A stretch of 64,000 bases of DNA, from contig CAVSCK010000005.1 of the NCBI GenBank assembly GCA_963726455.1, positions 603,841 to 667,840 on the forward strand. The letters are read 5' to 3'. Below, one piece after another: positions 40,587-51,602 of the stretch. Source of the DNA: an uncultured bacterium. Lineage in GTDB: Bacteria; Zixibacteria; MSB-5A5; CAIYYT01. Each line of letters opens with the position of its first letter. The stretch's first letter is position 1. The position numbers were made by a program, and so were the translations under genes. Below the pieces are notes generated by a model that ran no database searches, was not told where the DNA came from, and saw only the letters and a program-made list of their open reading frames with translations.

Positions 40587-41192
40587 TTACACTTTGACTG
40601 CTTCGAGCTTAATCTGTCGGCCGCGTTCGAGCGCGGTCAGATTGATGTCTACCAGCTTCGGCTTCACCTGCGATTTGATCGTCTCCATCCAGAGATTGGC
40701 ATCAAACGGCAGGTAGTTCGACAGCGCGCCGATCAGGATCGTGTTTACCAGTCGCGGATTTCCCAGTTCGGCAGCGATCTTGTCGGCATCGACTGCAATC
40801 ACGCGCGCCATTTTGTTCTTCATGTCAGCGACAGCGTCGTCCGGATACTTGAACTCTTTCGACGATGTCACAATCGCCGGCACCAAGTCGAACTGCGCGA
40901 GACAATTGCCATGCCGTCCTTGCGCATCCAGTTGATGGCGCGCAGGCCTTCGGCCTGCTCGAACGCCATCAGGAAGTCGGTTTCGCCTTCTTGAATCAGC
41001 GGCGAATAGACTTTCTTGCCGATGCGAACATGTGAAGTGACCACGCCGCCGCGCTGTGACATGCCGTGAACTTCGGATTTCTTGACATCCATTCCCGACC
41101 GCATCGCGACTTCGGAGATGATTTCCGATGCCAGCAGCACGCCCTGACCACCGACGCCGACGATCAGAATATCGTGATGTATTTCCAGCCAT
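40587..41192 (-). CDS. iorB: Indolepyruvate:ferredoxin oxidoreductase beta subunit (two compensating frameshifts)
   Basis: DILIVGVGGQGVLLAS, SEVHGMSQRGGVVTSHVR in one frame; LGNPRLVNTILIGAL in the other. Confidence 0.88.
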   Translation of the reverse strand: MAGNTSRYSDRRRRWSGRAAGIGNHLRSRDAVGNGCQEIRSSRHVTARRRGHFTCSHRQESLFAADSRRRNRLPDGVRAGRRPARHQLDAQGRHGNCLAQFDLVPAIVTSSKEFKYPDDAVADMKNKMARVIAVDADKIAAELGNPRLVNTILIGALSNYLPFDANLWMETIKSQVKPKLVDINLTALERGRQIKLEAVKV

Positions 41193-41202
41193 CGTAAACC
41201 TC

Positions 41203-42982
41203 CTATGCCGTTACGAACTTGCTCTTGAGGACAATCGCTTCCGTCGGACAGATCTGCGCACAAAGCGTGCAACCGGTGCACATCGTTTCGTCAATTACCG
41301 CCTTGGGATGTCCGCGCTCATTGGTCTCAGGGGCCGCCGCAATCGCCGGACAGGAAATCCGGAAACAGGCAGAACAGGCGTTGCAGAGTTCCAGATCGAC
41401 AACATAGGGTTCGTCCATAATGCGCTTCGGCATCAGCACGCAGGGGCGTTGGGTGACGATCACCGATGGTCCGGGATTGTTCAGTTCCGCTTCGATTGCC
41501 GAAAGTGTCCCATCGTAATCGTAGGGATCAACAGTGCGGAAGTTCTTGACGCCGAGCGCGTTGACCAGAGTTCTCGATATCAGTCTGATTAGCCGGCTCG
41601 CCCATCAGCGTGTGGCCGGTACCGGGATGCTCCTGGCCACCGGTCATGGCCGTCGCGCCGTTGTCGAGAATGATCACCGTGACATTGCTGTGATTGTAGA
41701 CCGCGTCCAGCAGACCGGTGATGCCGGAATGGAAGAAAGTCGAATCGCCGATCACTGCGACTGTTCCCTTGGTCGAGCCCTGCACCTTTTCGATGCCGAT
41801 GGCGTTGCCGATAGAAGCACCCATGCAAATACAAGTATCGAGCGCGTTCAGCGGTTTCAGCATACCCAGAGTGTAGCAGCCGATGTCGCCGGTTACTGCC
41901 ACACCAAGTTTGCGTAATGCCATAAAGGCGCCGCGATGCGGACAGCCGGGACAGAGCACCGGCGGACGCGGAAAGAGTTCGTCGGCGTTGATTTCCGGCG
42001 CAGCGACATGGGCGACCAGACCGGCATCATAAAGACCCTGCGCAACGCGGGTCGGGTTCAGTTCGCCGAGATTGCCGAAGTACTTCTTACCTTCAACGTG
42101 AATGCCGGCGGCCTTGAGCTGGTCTTCGTAGAACGGCTCCAGCTCTTCGACCACGAGAACGATCTTATGGGCATCGACAAATTTCCTGATGCGATTAAAC
42201 GGCAGTGGGAAACCGAAACCGATCTTGAAATAATCAAAATCGGGAGCGATTTCCTTCGCATGTTGATAGGCGACACCGCCGGCGATCATGCCGACAGGAG
42301 AGCCGTTGCTCTCCTCGCGATTCCAGTTGGTTTCTTCCGAGAACTTGCGCAGGTCCATCAGGCGCTGATTCACAACCTGATGGCGCACTTTGGCATTCGC
42401 CGGCACCATGACGTACTTGGCGGGATTCTTGACGAATTTACGCTCCGGCACACTGACCGGATCGCCGAGTTCGACAATAGCTTTGGTGTGTGAGATGCGG
42501 GTCGTCATCCGCAACATGACCGGTGTGTCGAAACGCTCGGAGATTTCGAAAGCCGCCAGCAGCATGTCCTTTGATTCCTGGCTGTCAGCAGGTTCGAAGA
42601 ACGGAATGCTGGCGAAGCGGGCGAAGATGCGGTTGTCCTGCTCGTTCTGCGACGAGTGCATCTCGGGGTCGTCGGCGCTGACCACTACAAATCCGGCATT
42701 GACACCGGTGTAGGCGAAAGTCATCAACGGGTCGGCGGCGACATTCAGGCCGACATGTTTCATCGTGACCAGCGCGCGTCCGCCTCCCATCGAAGCGCCA
42801 ATTCCCACCTCGAAGGCAACCTTCTCGTTGGGCGACCATTGCGCATATATCGAGCGGTGGCGTTCGGCGATCGTTTCCAGAATCTCGGTCGACGGTGTGC
42901 CGGGATACGCTACCGCCAGCTTGACACCGGCCTCGAGCGCCCCGCGAGCCACTGCCTCATTTCCGGATAGAAGTTCTTTCAT
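41203..42982 (-). CDS. iorA: Indolepyruvate:ferredoxin oxidoreductase alpha subunit (frameshift near 41570)
   Basis: LLSGNEAVARG, YPGTPSTEI, MKHVGLNVAADP, PVLCPGCPH, GDIGCYTLG, IGDSTFFHSG; C-terminal ferredoxin in the shifted frame. Confidence 0.92.
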
Positions 42983-43171
42983 AATTGTCTCACTTTATCG
43001 GGAAGTTGGAGTTGCATTCAGAATCATAATCGCGACAAACCTAGTCTGCCCTGCACATGCCACAGTTACCTGAGACTGTGAACATTTTCACAAAAATACC
43101 TGATTATGGCGGGCGCAGCAACCGGTTTTTCGTCACAGACTTTCGGGCGTCGGCGCTTGACAGGACAAAGC

Positions 43172-43227
43172 TGGATTGCTTTGTAACCCCATCGCTGCAC
43201 ACAGCGCTCCGCGCTCCTCGCAATGAC
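43172..43227. repeat. CGTC-tagged palindromic repeat (GGATTGC...CTCCTCGCAATGAC type)
   Basis: Minus strand reads CGTCATTGCGAGGAGC...AAAGCAATCCA. Confidence 0.6.
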
Positions 43228-43333
43228 GGATCATTAGGTGCAAGTCCCGACTTGGGGCGAGGTTGCGGAAGCCGGAGAATTATGTTGTGGATTGCATGGG
43301 CAACAATATATTCACCGGTCGAGTATAAAGACT

Positions 43334-44158
43334 ATGCATCCAGAGATTTTTCATATCGGTCCGTTCGCGCTGCGCAGCTATGGTTTGATGCTGGCGTTGT
43401 CGTTCTTCGTGGGATTGTGGTACATCGTGCGACGGTCTCAGAAGGAAGGCATCAGCGTCAACTTCATGATGAACCTGGCGTTTGTCGTGATTTTCTCGGG
43501 CCTGATCGGAGCGCGGCTGGCGTTTGTTTTGTTCCATTTGACGGAGTTTGCTGCCGATCCCTTGTCGGCGGTCAATCCGTTTGGAACGGCCGGGCAATTT
43601 GGGATCATGGGCATGAACCTGTACGGCGGTGTGGTGCTGTCAATTGTGTGCGGATATTTATATGTGCGGCGAAAGAAACAGCCGCTGTGGCAGGTGTTCG
43701 ACATTTTCGCGCCGACGGTTGCGCTCGGGATTGGAATTACGCGCATCGGCTGTTTTCTCAACGGATGTTGTTTCGGCAATCCGACCAGTCTGCCGTGGTG
43801 TGTGCATTTCCCTGAGGGTTCGATTCCATACGCAGTGTTTGGCGATGCCTGCCTGCAACCGACCCAGCTCTATTCGTCGGCCTACGGCTTTGGCCTGTTC
43901 TTCCTGCTGCATTTTCTCGACAAGAAGAAGACGTTCTATGGTTCGATGTTTGCAGTGCTTCTGATGGTCGAGGCGTTCTTCCGGTTCGTGATTGAATTCA
44001 TTCGCTACTATGAGCCGGAAATGTATATGCATGTCGCAGGCATTACGTTCACATACAATCACCTGATCGCCATCGGCCTGTTCATCCTGGGACTGGCGTT
44101 GTGGCGCATCCTGAAGAAACGGCCGGAGTTGCAGGTTCACAAGCCGACTGGTAGCTAA
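43334..44158 (+). CDS. lgt: Prolipoprotein diacylglyceryl transferase
   Basis: MHPEIFHIG...SYG, GARLAFV, YGG, RIGCFLNGCCFG.PT.LPW, QPTQLY, RFVIEFIR. Confidence 0.93.
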   Translation: MHPEIFHIGPFALRSYGLMLALSFFVGLWYIVRRSQKEGISVNFMMNLAFVVIFSGLIGARLAFVLFHLTEFAADPLSAVNPFGTAGQFGIMGMNLYGGVVLSIVCGYLYVRRKKQPLWQVFDIFAPTVALGIGITRIGCFLNGCCFGNPTSLPWCVHFPEGSIPYAVFGDACLQPTQLYSSAYGFGLFFLLHFLDKKKTFYGSMFAVLLMVEAFFRFVIEFIRYYEPEMYMHVAGITFTYNHLIAIGLFILGLALWRILKKRPELQVHKPTGS

Positions 44159-44190
44159 TTCGATTGTTCGCTAAAGGATCGGATGCAGAC

Positions 44191-44892
44191 ATGACAGACG
44201 CGCGAAGAAGACGCTCTATCTCAAACATTTGTATTCTGGCTTTTACGATTCTGATCGCATTGCCACCGGCGGGCGTTTATGCCGGCGGTAAGATCGGACT
44301 TTACGGTATCCACATGGTGCCGGAAGGCAAGGACGCGAAAGACAACAGTCGCGCCGGTTGGGGCGCCGGTCTACATATAGTGGCGCCGATGCCGCAGGTG
44401 GCGAATATATTTGCGGGAGTTTTTGGGGCTGAGATTGTCAACCTGCTCGGCGAGACAGTCGAAATGCGGGATCGCAATACGGGCATGTTAATCAAACGAG
44501 CTACCAGCCAGAACTACTTTCGGTTCTATTTGGGCGGTCAAGTAGGAGGTCATGGTAACGGATTCATTCGCCCTCACGTGGGCGCAAATCTGGCGTTGAT
44601 TGTGCATGACATCAGAACCCGCATCATCATTCCCGATGAAGAAGATCCCAGCCAGGAATTGAGCAATACGATTTACGACGACACAAAGGCGGTCTTCGGC
44701 TATGACTTTACGCTGGGTATTGACCTGAATTTCTCCAACACTATTGCACTGGATGGTGGCGTGCGCTACCTGCGGAGTCTCAGCGTTCCTGAACAACTTG
44801 GGGGCAGATCGGTCGTAATTTACCCACAATATTTCCAGATTTATCTCGGTGTGGGCATTTCATTCCAAATGATCGACCACATGAGCGAGTGA
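44191..44892 (+). CDS. Outer membrane beta-barrel protein
   Basis: Signal peptide, alternating Gly/aromatic beta strands, C-terminal YLGVGISF. Confidence 0.65.
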   Translation: MTDARRRRSISNICILAFTILIALPPAGVYAGGKIGLYGIHMVPEGKDAKDNSRAGWGAGLHIVAPMPQVANIFAGVFGAEIVNLLGETVEMRDRNTGMLIKRATSQNYFRFYLGGQVGGHGNGFIRPHVGANLALIVHDIRTRIIIPDEEDPSQELSNTIYDDTKAVFGYDFTLGIDLNFSNTIALDGGVRYLRSLSVPEQLGGRSVVIYPQYFQIYLGVGISFQMIDHMSE

Positions 44893-44954
44893 GAGCTCGG
44901 ACAGCTCAATATTCTTCTTTGCTTCTAAAGCACTAGGATAGCTCAGAAAAAGTT

Positions 44955-44982
44955 GAAGCGACGGGAGGAATCCCGTCGCTTC
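44955..44982. terminator. Hairpin between convergent genes (likely bidirectional terminator)
   Basis: GAAGCGACGGGA-GGAA-TCCCGTCGCTTC perfect 12-bp stem. Confidence 0.7.
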
Positions 44983-45014
44983 GTTGGGGAGTAATGGCTC
45001 ATTAGAGAAGGGAG

Positions 45015-47495
45015 CTAAGCGCCCATAATTGCTCGCGCTTGGCTCTTGACCGCGTCTGACAGTCTTTCGAGATTGGCGATAACCTGGTGCGATGCCTCAA
45101 GGGCTTGCTGGTAGTGTCTCATCGCCAACGAGTGGTTGCCATCCTTGAGCGCCTGAACGGCCTGATTGCCGTGGCTGTGCACCTGATTGTGCGGCGAGTT
45201 GACCGCCTCATACTCAGGCATGCCTGTGTATTGACGTCCGTCGGGGCCATGATACCATTTGCCAAAGCGACATGATGTGCCGTCAACGACTTTCCACAAA
45301 GCGATGTCCGTGACGCCATCGATCACCTTCTTGAGTTTCTCCATGTAAAGTTTGTGATCGTTCCTGGCCAGGTTGATAATGCCGATTCCGCCCCCCACGA
45401 TCTTGAACTGGCTGACCATCGTGCGCAAATCCTCGGCCTGCTTGTTCAACTGCTCGGCGGCGTCGGCAGACAACTTCACCTCGGAGGCGTTGGTCTTGGT
45501 GACCTGGGAGATACGCACAACCGACTTGGCGATTTGTTCAGAAGCCGCGGATTGCTGCTCGGCAGCGGTCGCAATTTGCCTGACCATGTCCATCACGCGT
45601 TGGGCATACTCGCCAATTGACTGCAGACTGTCACCGGCCTGGTCGGCCAATTCCCTGCCGGCCTGAACCTCGTTGATTCCCTGTTCCATGGCGGTTACCG
45701 CTCCGCGCGTCTCGCCTTGAATGGTCTTGATCATCGTCGTGATTTCCGCGGTCGCCTTCGTTGTGCGTTCTGCCAGTTTGCGCACCTCATCTGCCACGAC
45801 GGCAAAACCGCGTCCCTGTTCGCCGGCGCGTGCCGCCTCAATGGCGGCGTTGAGTGCCAGCAGATTGGTTTGGTCGGCGATGTCGTTGATTACCGTGGCG
45901 ATTTCGCCGATCTGATCGGATGACTTGGACAGTTTTTGAATCGTGTGGGCCGATTCCTGAACTACCGTAGCAATTCGATTCATGCCTTCAATCGTATGCG
46001 CGACCACGTCGTTGCCTTGCTGAGCGGCCTCGGCGGCCTGCTTGGCCTGTCCGGCGGCATCCCCGGCATTCTTCGATGCCTCGACGATGGTAGATGTCAT
46101 TTCTTCGATCGCGCTGGATACTTGAGTAGTTTGATGCGTCTGCTCTTCCGAACCTCGCGCCAGATTGTCAGCGGTTGAGGCCATGCCGGTCGAGGTCGAA
46201 ACAAGTTGCACGGCGCGATCGCTAAGTTGAGCGATGACATTCGTGACGTTGACTGACATGGTTCGCAAGGATTCGAATATGCGGTCTTTGGAGTCGAGCG
46301 CATTCTCGACGGATCGAATCAGGATTCCGGTCTCGTCATTGGACTTTGAGCCGGTTCGCTGAATGTGAGACGCCTTGATTTGCTGGGTGAAATCATTGTT
46401 TGCCATGGCGCTGACCACGCGGTCGAGTTCCGTGAATTCCCGGCACATCTCGTCCGTTGTGGCAACCACTTGCCTGATCGGGTTCGTGATTGAGCGACTG
46501 ACAAAGAAAGCGGCGGTGAGTCCCGAGGCAAGAAAGAGGATGCCGAGAAAGATGCTGGCGTACTTGATCTTCTTGACCGGCGCAGTAAATTCATCCAAAT
46601 AGCTTCCGACGCCAATTACCCAGTCCCAGTCGGGGAAGTAAGTATACGCGACTATCTTTTCGCGCGACTTGGTTTCGCCGAGTTCCTTGTTCATCCAATT
46701 GTAAGTGATCCAGCCGACTTCTCCCTCGGTAAGCGTGCGCGCCTTCGAAGTCATCTCCTTGATGAAGTCATTCTGACTGATATCTTCGCCCTCTTTCGCA
46801 GGGTGAAGCTGCAGCACGCCCTTTGAGTCGACGGCGAATATGTAACCAGTCTGTCCAACTTTTATCGCCATCAAGTCCTTGCGCAGCAGACCTGATCTTT
46901 CTGGCAGGCCGCAGAACAGGGCTCCGACTACCTCGCCGTTCTTGTCACGCAACGGTTCGTAAGCGGACAGGTACCAGCCATCAACCACCCAGGCGCGGCC
47001 GATAAACTGCTGCTTCTTGTTGAAGACGGCGTCATAAACTGCATCCGACAGAAATGTGCCGATGGCGCGTTTTCCGGAAGCATCGACCACGCTGGTGGCA
47101 ATGCGTTTCGCGCGACTTCCTTCCTTAAGAAAAATCGTGCAGCGCGCGCCGGTCAGCGAACTGATCTTGTCGACATAGCGAGTGTCGCCGTTGATCGCAT
47201 CTGAAGTTCCATTCGTTTCCAGCAGCATCTGACCGTTGCTAACGGTGATCCGATTGCCGCCGATTGCCTCGAACATGTTCTTTGCCATAGCCAGGTTTGA
47301 CTTGACGCGTTCGTTAAGTTCGTTGGCGCTGATCTCGCAAATCATCCTCGTTTGACCGGTAAGGTGCGCGAGATCGGCTTTGGCAGTCTCGAGAAGGTAC
47401 TTCTGCGATTGCATAGATGCCACCAGCACGATGCCCGTCAGGGACATGGTTAGAAGCAGCGTGATCAGCAGCATCATCTTTTTTCTGAGTGTCAT
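45015..47495 (-). CDS. Methyl-accepting chemotaxis protein with Cache sensor, HAMP, signalling domain and C-terminal CZB zinc-binding domain
   Basis: RIATSV...[47 protein letters not shown]-terminal DH...CRFGKWY...H..VH. Confidence 0.92.
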   Translation of the reverse strand: MTLRKKMMLLITLLLTMSLTGIVLVASMQSQKYLLETAKADLAHLTGQTRMICEISANELNERVKSNLAMAKNMFEAIGGNRITVSNGQMLLETNGTSDAINGDTRYVDKISSLTGARCTIFLKEGSRAKRIATSVVDASGKRAIGTFLSDAVYDAVFNKKQQFIGRAWVVDGWYLSAYEPLRDKNGEVVGALFCGLPERSGLLRKDLMAIKVGQTGYIFAVDSKGVLQLHPAKEGEDISQNDFIKEMTSKARTLTEGEVGWITYNWMNKELGETKSREKIVAYTYFPDWDWVIGVGSYLDEFTAPVKKIKYASIFLGILFLASGLTAAFFVSRSITNPIRQVVATTDEMCREFTELDRVVSAMANNDFTQQIKASHIQRTGSKSNDETGILIRSVENALDSKDRIFESLRTMSVNVTNVIAQLSDRAVQLVSTSTGMASTADNLARGSEEQTHQTTQVSSAIEEMTSTIVEASKNAGDAAGQAKQAAEAAQQGNDVVAHTIEGMNRIATVVQESAHTIQKLSKSSDQIGEIATVINDIADQTNLLALNAAIEAARAGEQGRGFAVVADEVRKLAERTTKATAEITTMIKTIQGETRGAVTAMEQGINEVQAGRELADQAGDSLQSIGEYAQRVMDMVRQIATAAEQQSAASEQIAKSVVRISQVTKTNASEVKLSADAAEQLNKQAEDLRTMVSQFKIVGGGIGIINLARNDHKLYMEKLKKVIDGVTDIALWKVVDGTSCRFGKWYHGPDGRQYTGMPEYEAVNSPHNQVHSHGNQAVQALKDGNHSLAMRHYQQALEASHQVIANLERLSDAVKSQARAIMGA

Positions 47496-47548
47496 GTATC
47501 GTCTCCCTTTTGTTGGGTTAGTGGTGACTGTGCATGCTCTCTGGAAGG

Positions 47549-47575
47549 TTATCGTCTATCGTGGATGCTGGTATA
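47549..47575 (-). promoter_or_regulatory. sigma28 (FliA)-type promoter for the CZB-MCP
   Basis: Minus strand TATA-N15-GACGATAA. Confidence 0.55.
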
Positions 47576-47703
47576 GTGGTTCAAGCGTTGTTGGTAATAA
47601 ATAGCACAAATCGGATGGGAATTATCTTATTTCAGACTGAATCATCCATGATGAAAATGATCATTGCGAAACGGGGAGAGTAGATTCGAAATGGAGAAGA
47701 TTC

Positions 47704-47731
47704 GTCAGGGCACGCTTGCGCGTGCCCTGAC
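47704..47731. terminator. GC-rich hairpin after cheW
   Basis: GTCAGGGCACGC-TTGC-GCGTGCCCTGAC perfect 12-bp stem; weak U-tract. Confidence 0.5.
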
Positions 47732-47740
47732 TGATGCGAT

Positions 47741-48232
47741 TTACATTTGAGCGAGGGTTTTGCGTTCCTCGCCGGAAAGGATCTTTGACAGATCCAGATG
47801 GATCAGCAAACGGTCGTCAAGCTTGGCGACGCCGCGAATGTACTCCGAATCAAGCGAACTCACCACTTCCGGCGGCTGCTCGATCGTGGAGGCCGGAATC
47901 CGCAACACTTCACTGACGCTGTCCACCACCATCCCCATGATCTGCCCGTCAATGTCCACCACCACAATTCGCGTGTTCTTGTCGTGTTCGGCTAATTGCA
48001 TATTAAAGCGCTTGCGCACATCAATAATTGGTATCACTTTGCCGCGCAGGTTAATGATCCCTTCGACAAACTCCGGCGCTCGCGGTACTCGCGTGATATC
48101 CACCATGCGGTTGATCTCCTGAACCTTCAGGATATCAATCCCGAACTCCTCCGTGCCGATGTTGAAACTCACCAACTGCAGAATCTCATCACCCTGCCTG
48201 GCAGACACGGTCGTTTTCTTCTTGTCCTCCAT
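47741..48232 (-). CDS. cheW: Chemotaxis coupling protein CheW
   Basis: QLVSF, VQEI, ITRVPRAPEFVEGIINLRGKVIPIID, GMVVDSVSEV. Confidence 0.95.
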   Translation of the reverse strand: MEDKKKTTVSARQGDEILQLVSFNIGTEEFGIDILKVQEINRMVDITRVPRAPEFVEGIINLRGKVIPIIDVRKRFNMQLAEHDKNTRIVVVDIDGQIMGMVVDSVSEVLRIPASTIEQPPEVVSSLDSEYIRGVAKLDDRLLIHLDLSKILSGEERKTLAQM

Positions 48233-48247
48233 CGAGATATCCTTCCC

Positions 48248-50217
48248 TTAAGCGTTCACCTTAAAACGGCTCACCATCTTCTGCAACCCTTCGGCCTGCC
48301 GGTTCAATTGTTCAGCAGCGGCTGCTGATTGCTCGACGCCGGTGGCGTTTTCTTTGGTGACCCGGGCGATGCCCTCGACACTGCGGGCAATCTGCTCGCT
48401 GGCTGCCGACTGTTGTTCAGCGGCAGTGGCAATCTGCTGGATCATGTCCTGCACTTTCTGCGAAAAGCCCGCAATTGCGTTCAAGCTCTCGCCGGCTTTG
48501 TCCGCCAGTTCCCGACCTTGCTGGACTTCGTTGATGCCCTGTTCCATTGAGGTTACCGCACCCTTGGTGTCGCTCTGGATGCCTTTGATCATGTCGGTGA
48601 TCTCTTTCGTGGCTTTGGTCGTCCGCTCCGCCAGCTTGCGCACTTCATCTGCCACGACCGCGAAGCCACGACCCTGTTCACCCGCGCGCGCAGCTTCAAT
48701 CGCTGCGTTCAATGCCAGCAGATTGGTCTGATCGGCGATATCGTCGATCACGCTGATAATCTCGCCGATTTGGTCGGATGACCTTGACAGCTCTTGTATC
48801 GTCTTGGCCGAATCTTGCACGACGCGGGCGATGCGGTTCATGCCTTCGATAGTCTGGGCGACTACCTGCGCGCCCTGTCCGGCGGCATTGGCGGCTTCCT
48901 TGGCCTGTCCGGCAGCTTCACCGGCATTCTTGGAGGACTCCACAATTGTGGCCGTCATTTCTTCAACGGCGCTGGAGACCTGGGCCGTCTGGCCGGTCTG
49001 TTCCTGCGAGCCGTGCGCCATTTGCTCGGATGTCGACGCGATCTCGGTCGCCGCGCTAACCAACTGCGTCGAGTTGTCGGTCAATTGACGAATCATGCCG
49101 GTAAGATTGCCCACCATCGTCTTGAAAGCGTTGCCGAGAACGTCCTTCTCAGATTTCGGCACGATCTGTACTGTCAGATCATTGGCGGCAATGCGCTCGG
49201 CGCCGTTGGCCAATGCCTTCATGTAATCGATCAATTTGCGGAACGAATCAGCCAACATGCCGATCTCGTCCTTGGACTGGACATCTATACTATGTTGAAT
49301 GTTGCCCACGGAAATGTCATCCGCGACCTTGGCAATTGCGACCACCGGTCGGGAAACGGCGCGTGAGATAACGTAAGAAACAATTGCCCCGCAAAGAGGG
49401 AGAAGAGAACCAGAACCATTACGATGTTGTAGTCCGCGACGAGGCCGAGGCACGATCGGCGTCACTGCGATTTACGGCCTCGTTGACCAATTTCCTTATC
49501 AGCCGATTCGTATGCCTGCTCCAATTTGTCGAACAGACTCGGGCACTTTGCTCTGCGTCTGAGCATATTCAAGAAAGCTTTGTTGGTATGTCTGCAGCAG
49601 GTTATTCAATTCTGAAGCACCTTGAGCGCTACGAAGCAGAAGCTGCAAAGTGGCGACTGACGGTCTTGAGTTGATCCACGTACTGGGGGTCAAGGCGAAG
49701 CATGAAGTCTTTCTCATGCCGACGGCACATCAGCATCTGTACCAACAGATCGTCTCTTTTGGTTGCCTTGATTTGCGCTTCGACCGCATGGACGGCGTCA
49801 CGGAGCTTACCCTGTAAGTCCATCTTTCTCAGTATATCCCATTTCCTTTCGCAGGGTCACGTACTCGCTCCAATTGCTTTTCCAAGACCCGATGGATTCG
49901 TCGATGCTCTGCATCGTTGGCGTCGTTGGCGTTGTTGTCTTGGTCGTCCATTGCTGTAATCCCTCTTCGGCGCCAGCCACCGCCTTGTCGATCGTGGGCA
50001 GCAGGTTCTCCTTTGGCTTTTGCGAAAACTGTTCGGCGGACACTTGCGCTTGCAGCATACCTTCCGAAATGTTTGCACAGTAGTTCGCTTCGTCGGCAGT
50101 TCCCGATACACTGCTGATGCCGTTGTACGCGACGATTCCGACGATTAGCGCCAACGTCATTGTGATTCCGAAGCCGACGTACAGCTTCGTAGCGATCTTA
50201 AGGTCCTTCCAGTTCAT
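48248..50217 (-). CDS. Methyl-accepting chemotaxis protein with helical periplasmic sensor; several frameshifts in 49400-49820
   Basis: [19 protein letters not shown]1; [14 protein letters not shown]; [14 protein letters not shown]; intact signalling domain. Confidence 0.85.
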
Positions 50218-50487
50218 TGATGCCTCCTTTGAACTCGTGGAAGTTTACTCCTGTCGTATTCACTCATCTGATATTCAATCGATATGAAATGGCTGTCCGC
50301 CAGCCTCTTGACGCGCAAGAGTGCCGGCCCAGACATGCATTTCACTGGACGACGAAGATTGAGTATGCCCGCCTCTGATCAACAATGTAGCCCCTGATTC
50401 TAGGTGTCCTTCCAAAACAGTCAGTGGCTGGAGAGCCAACTGATTGCCAGGGTTCTACTGAACCCTACACGCAACTACCTGCGTGAA

Positions 50488-50514
50488 TTATCGTCCGAGG
50501 CAGTAGATCATTTA
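50488..50514 (-). promoter_or_regulatory. sigma28 (FliA)-type promoter for the mcp-cheW operon
   Basis: Minus strand TAAA-N15-GACGATAA. Confidence 0.7.
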
Positions 50515-50659
50515 TGTGGTTGTGGGACTCTGTGCACAAAAGAGACAAGTCTCGTCTGAATGAGACGTTATCGCTGACAGATCCGGGTCTATCGCTGTTC
50601 CAAGGCGGAACTGTCTAAGGGGTCATTATCGGCAGGCGTTTATGAGTGAAACCGGGGCA

Positions 50660-51602
50660 TCAGAATAGCCGGAATCTGATATACCGGCCCGGATTTTCCC
50701 GGAAATCTTTCAACAGCGCATCGGTGCGATCGAGCGCACGCGTGAAGTTGATATACAGAGAGTCGTTGGTCAAGAGCATGTCCGGCGGTGCCTTCGCCGG
50801 CGTTGATGCGATCGGTAATCTGTTTCCAACTCGCAACAATCTGCTTGATGTCCTGGTAAGGTGCGGGATCATAGAGTAGCTGAGGTAATGTGCCCTTGCC
50901 GGTGGTCAGCGAATCGAACAGATTGTTGGTGTTGGTCATCAGGTTACGCATTTCGACGTAGAAGCTCGAATCAGTGATGAATCGCGCAAAGGAACCCTTT
51001 CCCTCTTCGAGTTGCCTCGTCAGATTTTCGGTCAAGACCAGCAGTTTGTCGAGGTTGAAATATACATTGGGATCATTGACAAACAGGCCGAGCGATCCAG
51101 TGCCATTATTGATCTTCTCGATAGTCTCTTTCGTGTATTTTGCCGCCAGTTTGATATTCTCGACCGCCTCGCCGCCCTCGGCGATGATTGCCTCGATCGA
51201 CGCCGACTTGGCGGCCTGAACGTAATCCTCGCTCTCGAGTTCCTTTTGGTCCGGTGTGCCGACGGATATCTCGACCGTCTTATCGCCGAGGAGTCCGAGC
51301 GTGCCGATCAGTGCCTTCGAATCGCTGCGGATCAGACTCTTGACGCCCTTATCGATTCGCAGAGTGACGATTATATTGCCGGGTTCCGCTTTGGAGAACT
51401 CGATGCTCCTGACCGTCCCGACGCGCAAACCCGCTAGTCGGACCGGTGCACCGGCCTGCAGGCCATAGATATCCTGGTACTTGACCTTGAGTTCGTACCT
51501 GCGTTTCCAAACGCCTTCCTGGTCACCGATGGCAAAAACCGCAATCACGAAGACCAGAGCCGTAATCGCAATGACGGCGCCAACGCGAAATTCTTTGGAC
51601 AT
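50660..51602 (-). CDS. mlaD: MlaD/MCE-family substrate-binding protein (frameshift near 50785)
   Basis: GLQAGAPVRLAGLRVGTV, GLLGDKTVEI, G.GSLG repeats, end DFRENPGRYIRFRLF in the shifted frame. Confidence 0.85.

Noticed and set aside
39892-40716. Short ORFs spanning the array (repeated MSFPR.RESRFDDMH)
   Set aside because: Translations of the palindromic repeats, with no RBS or domain support.
50626-50633. Perfect sigma28 -10 GCCGATAA on the minus strand
   Set aside because: No TAAA-like -35 at 15 nt; the 50488-50514 site fits better.
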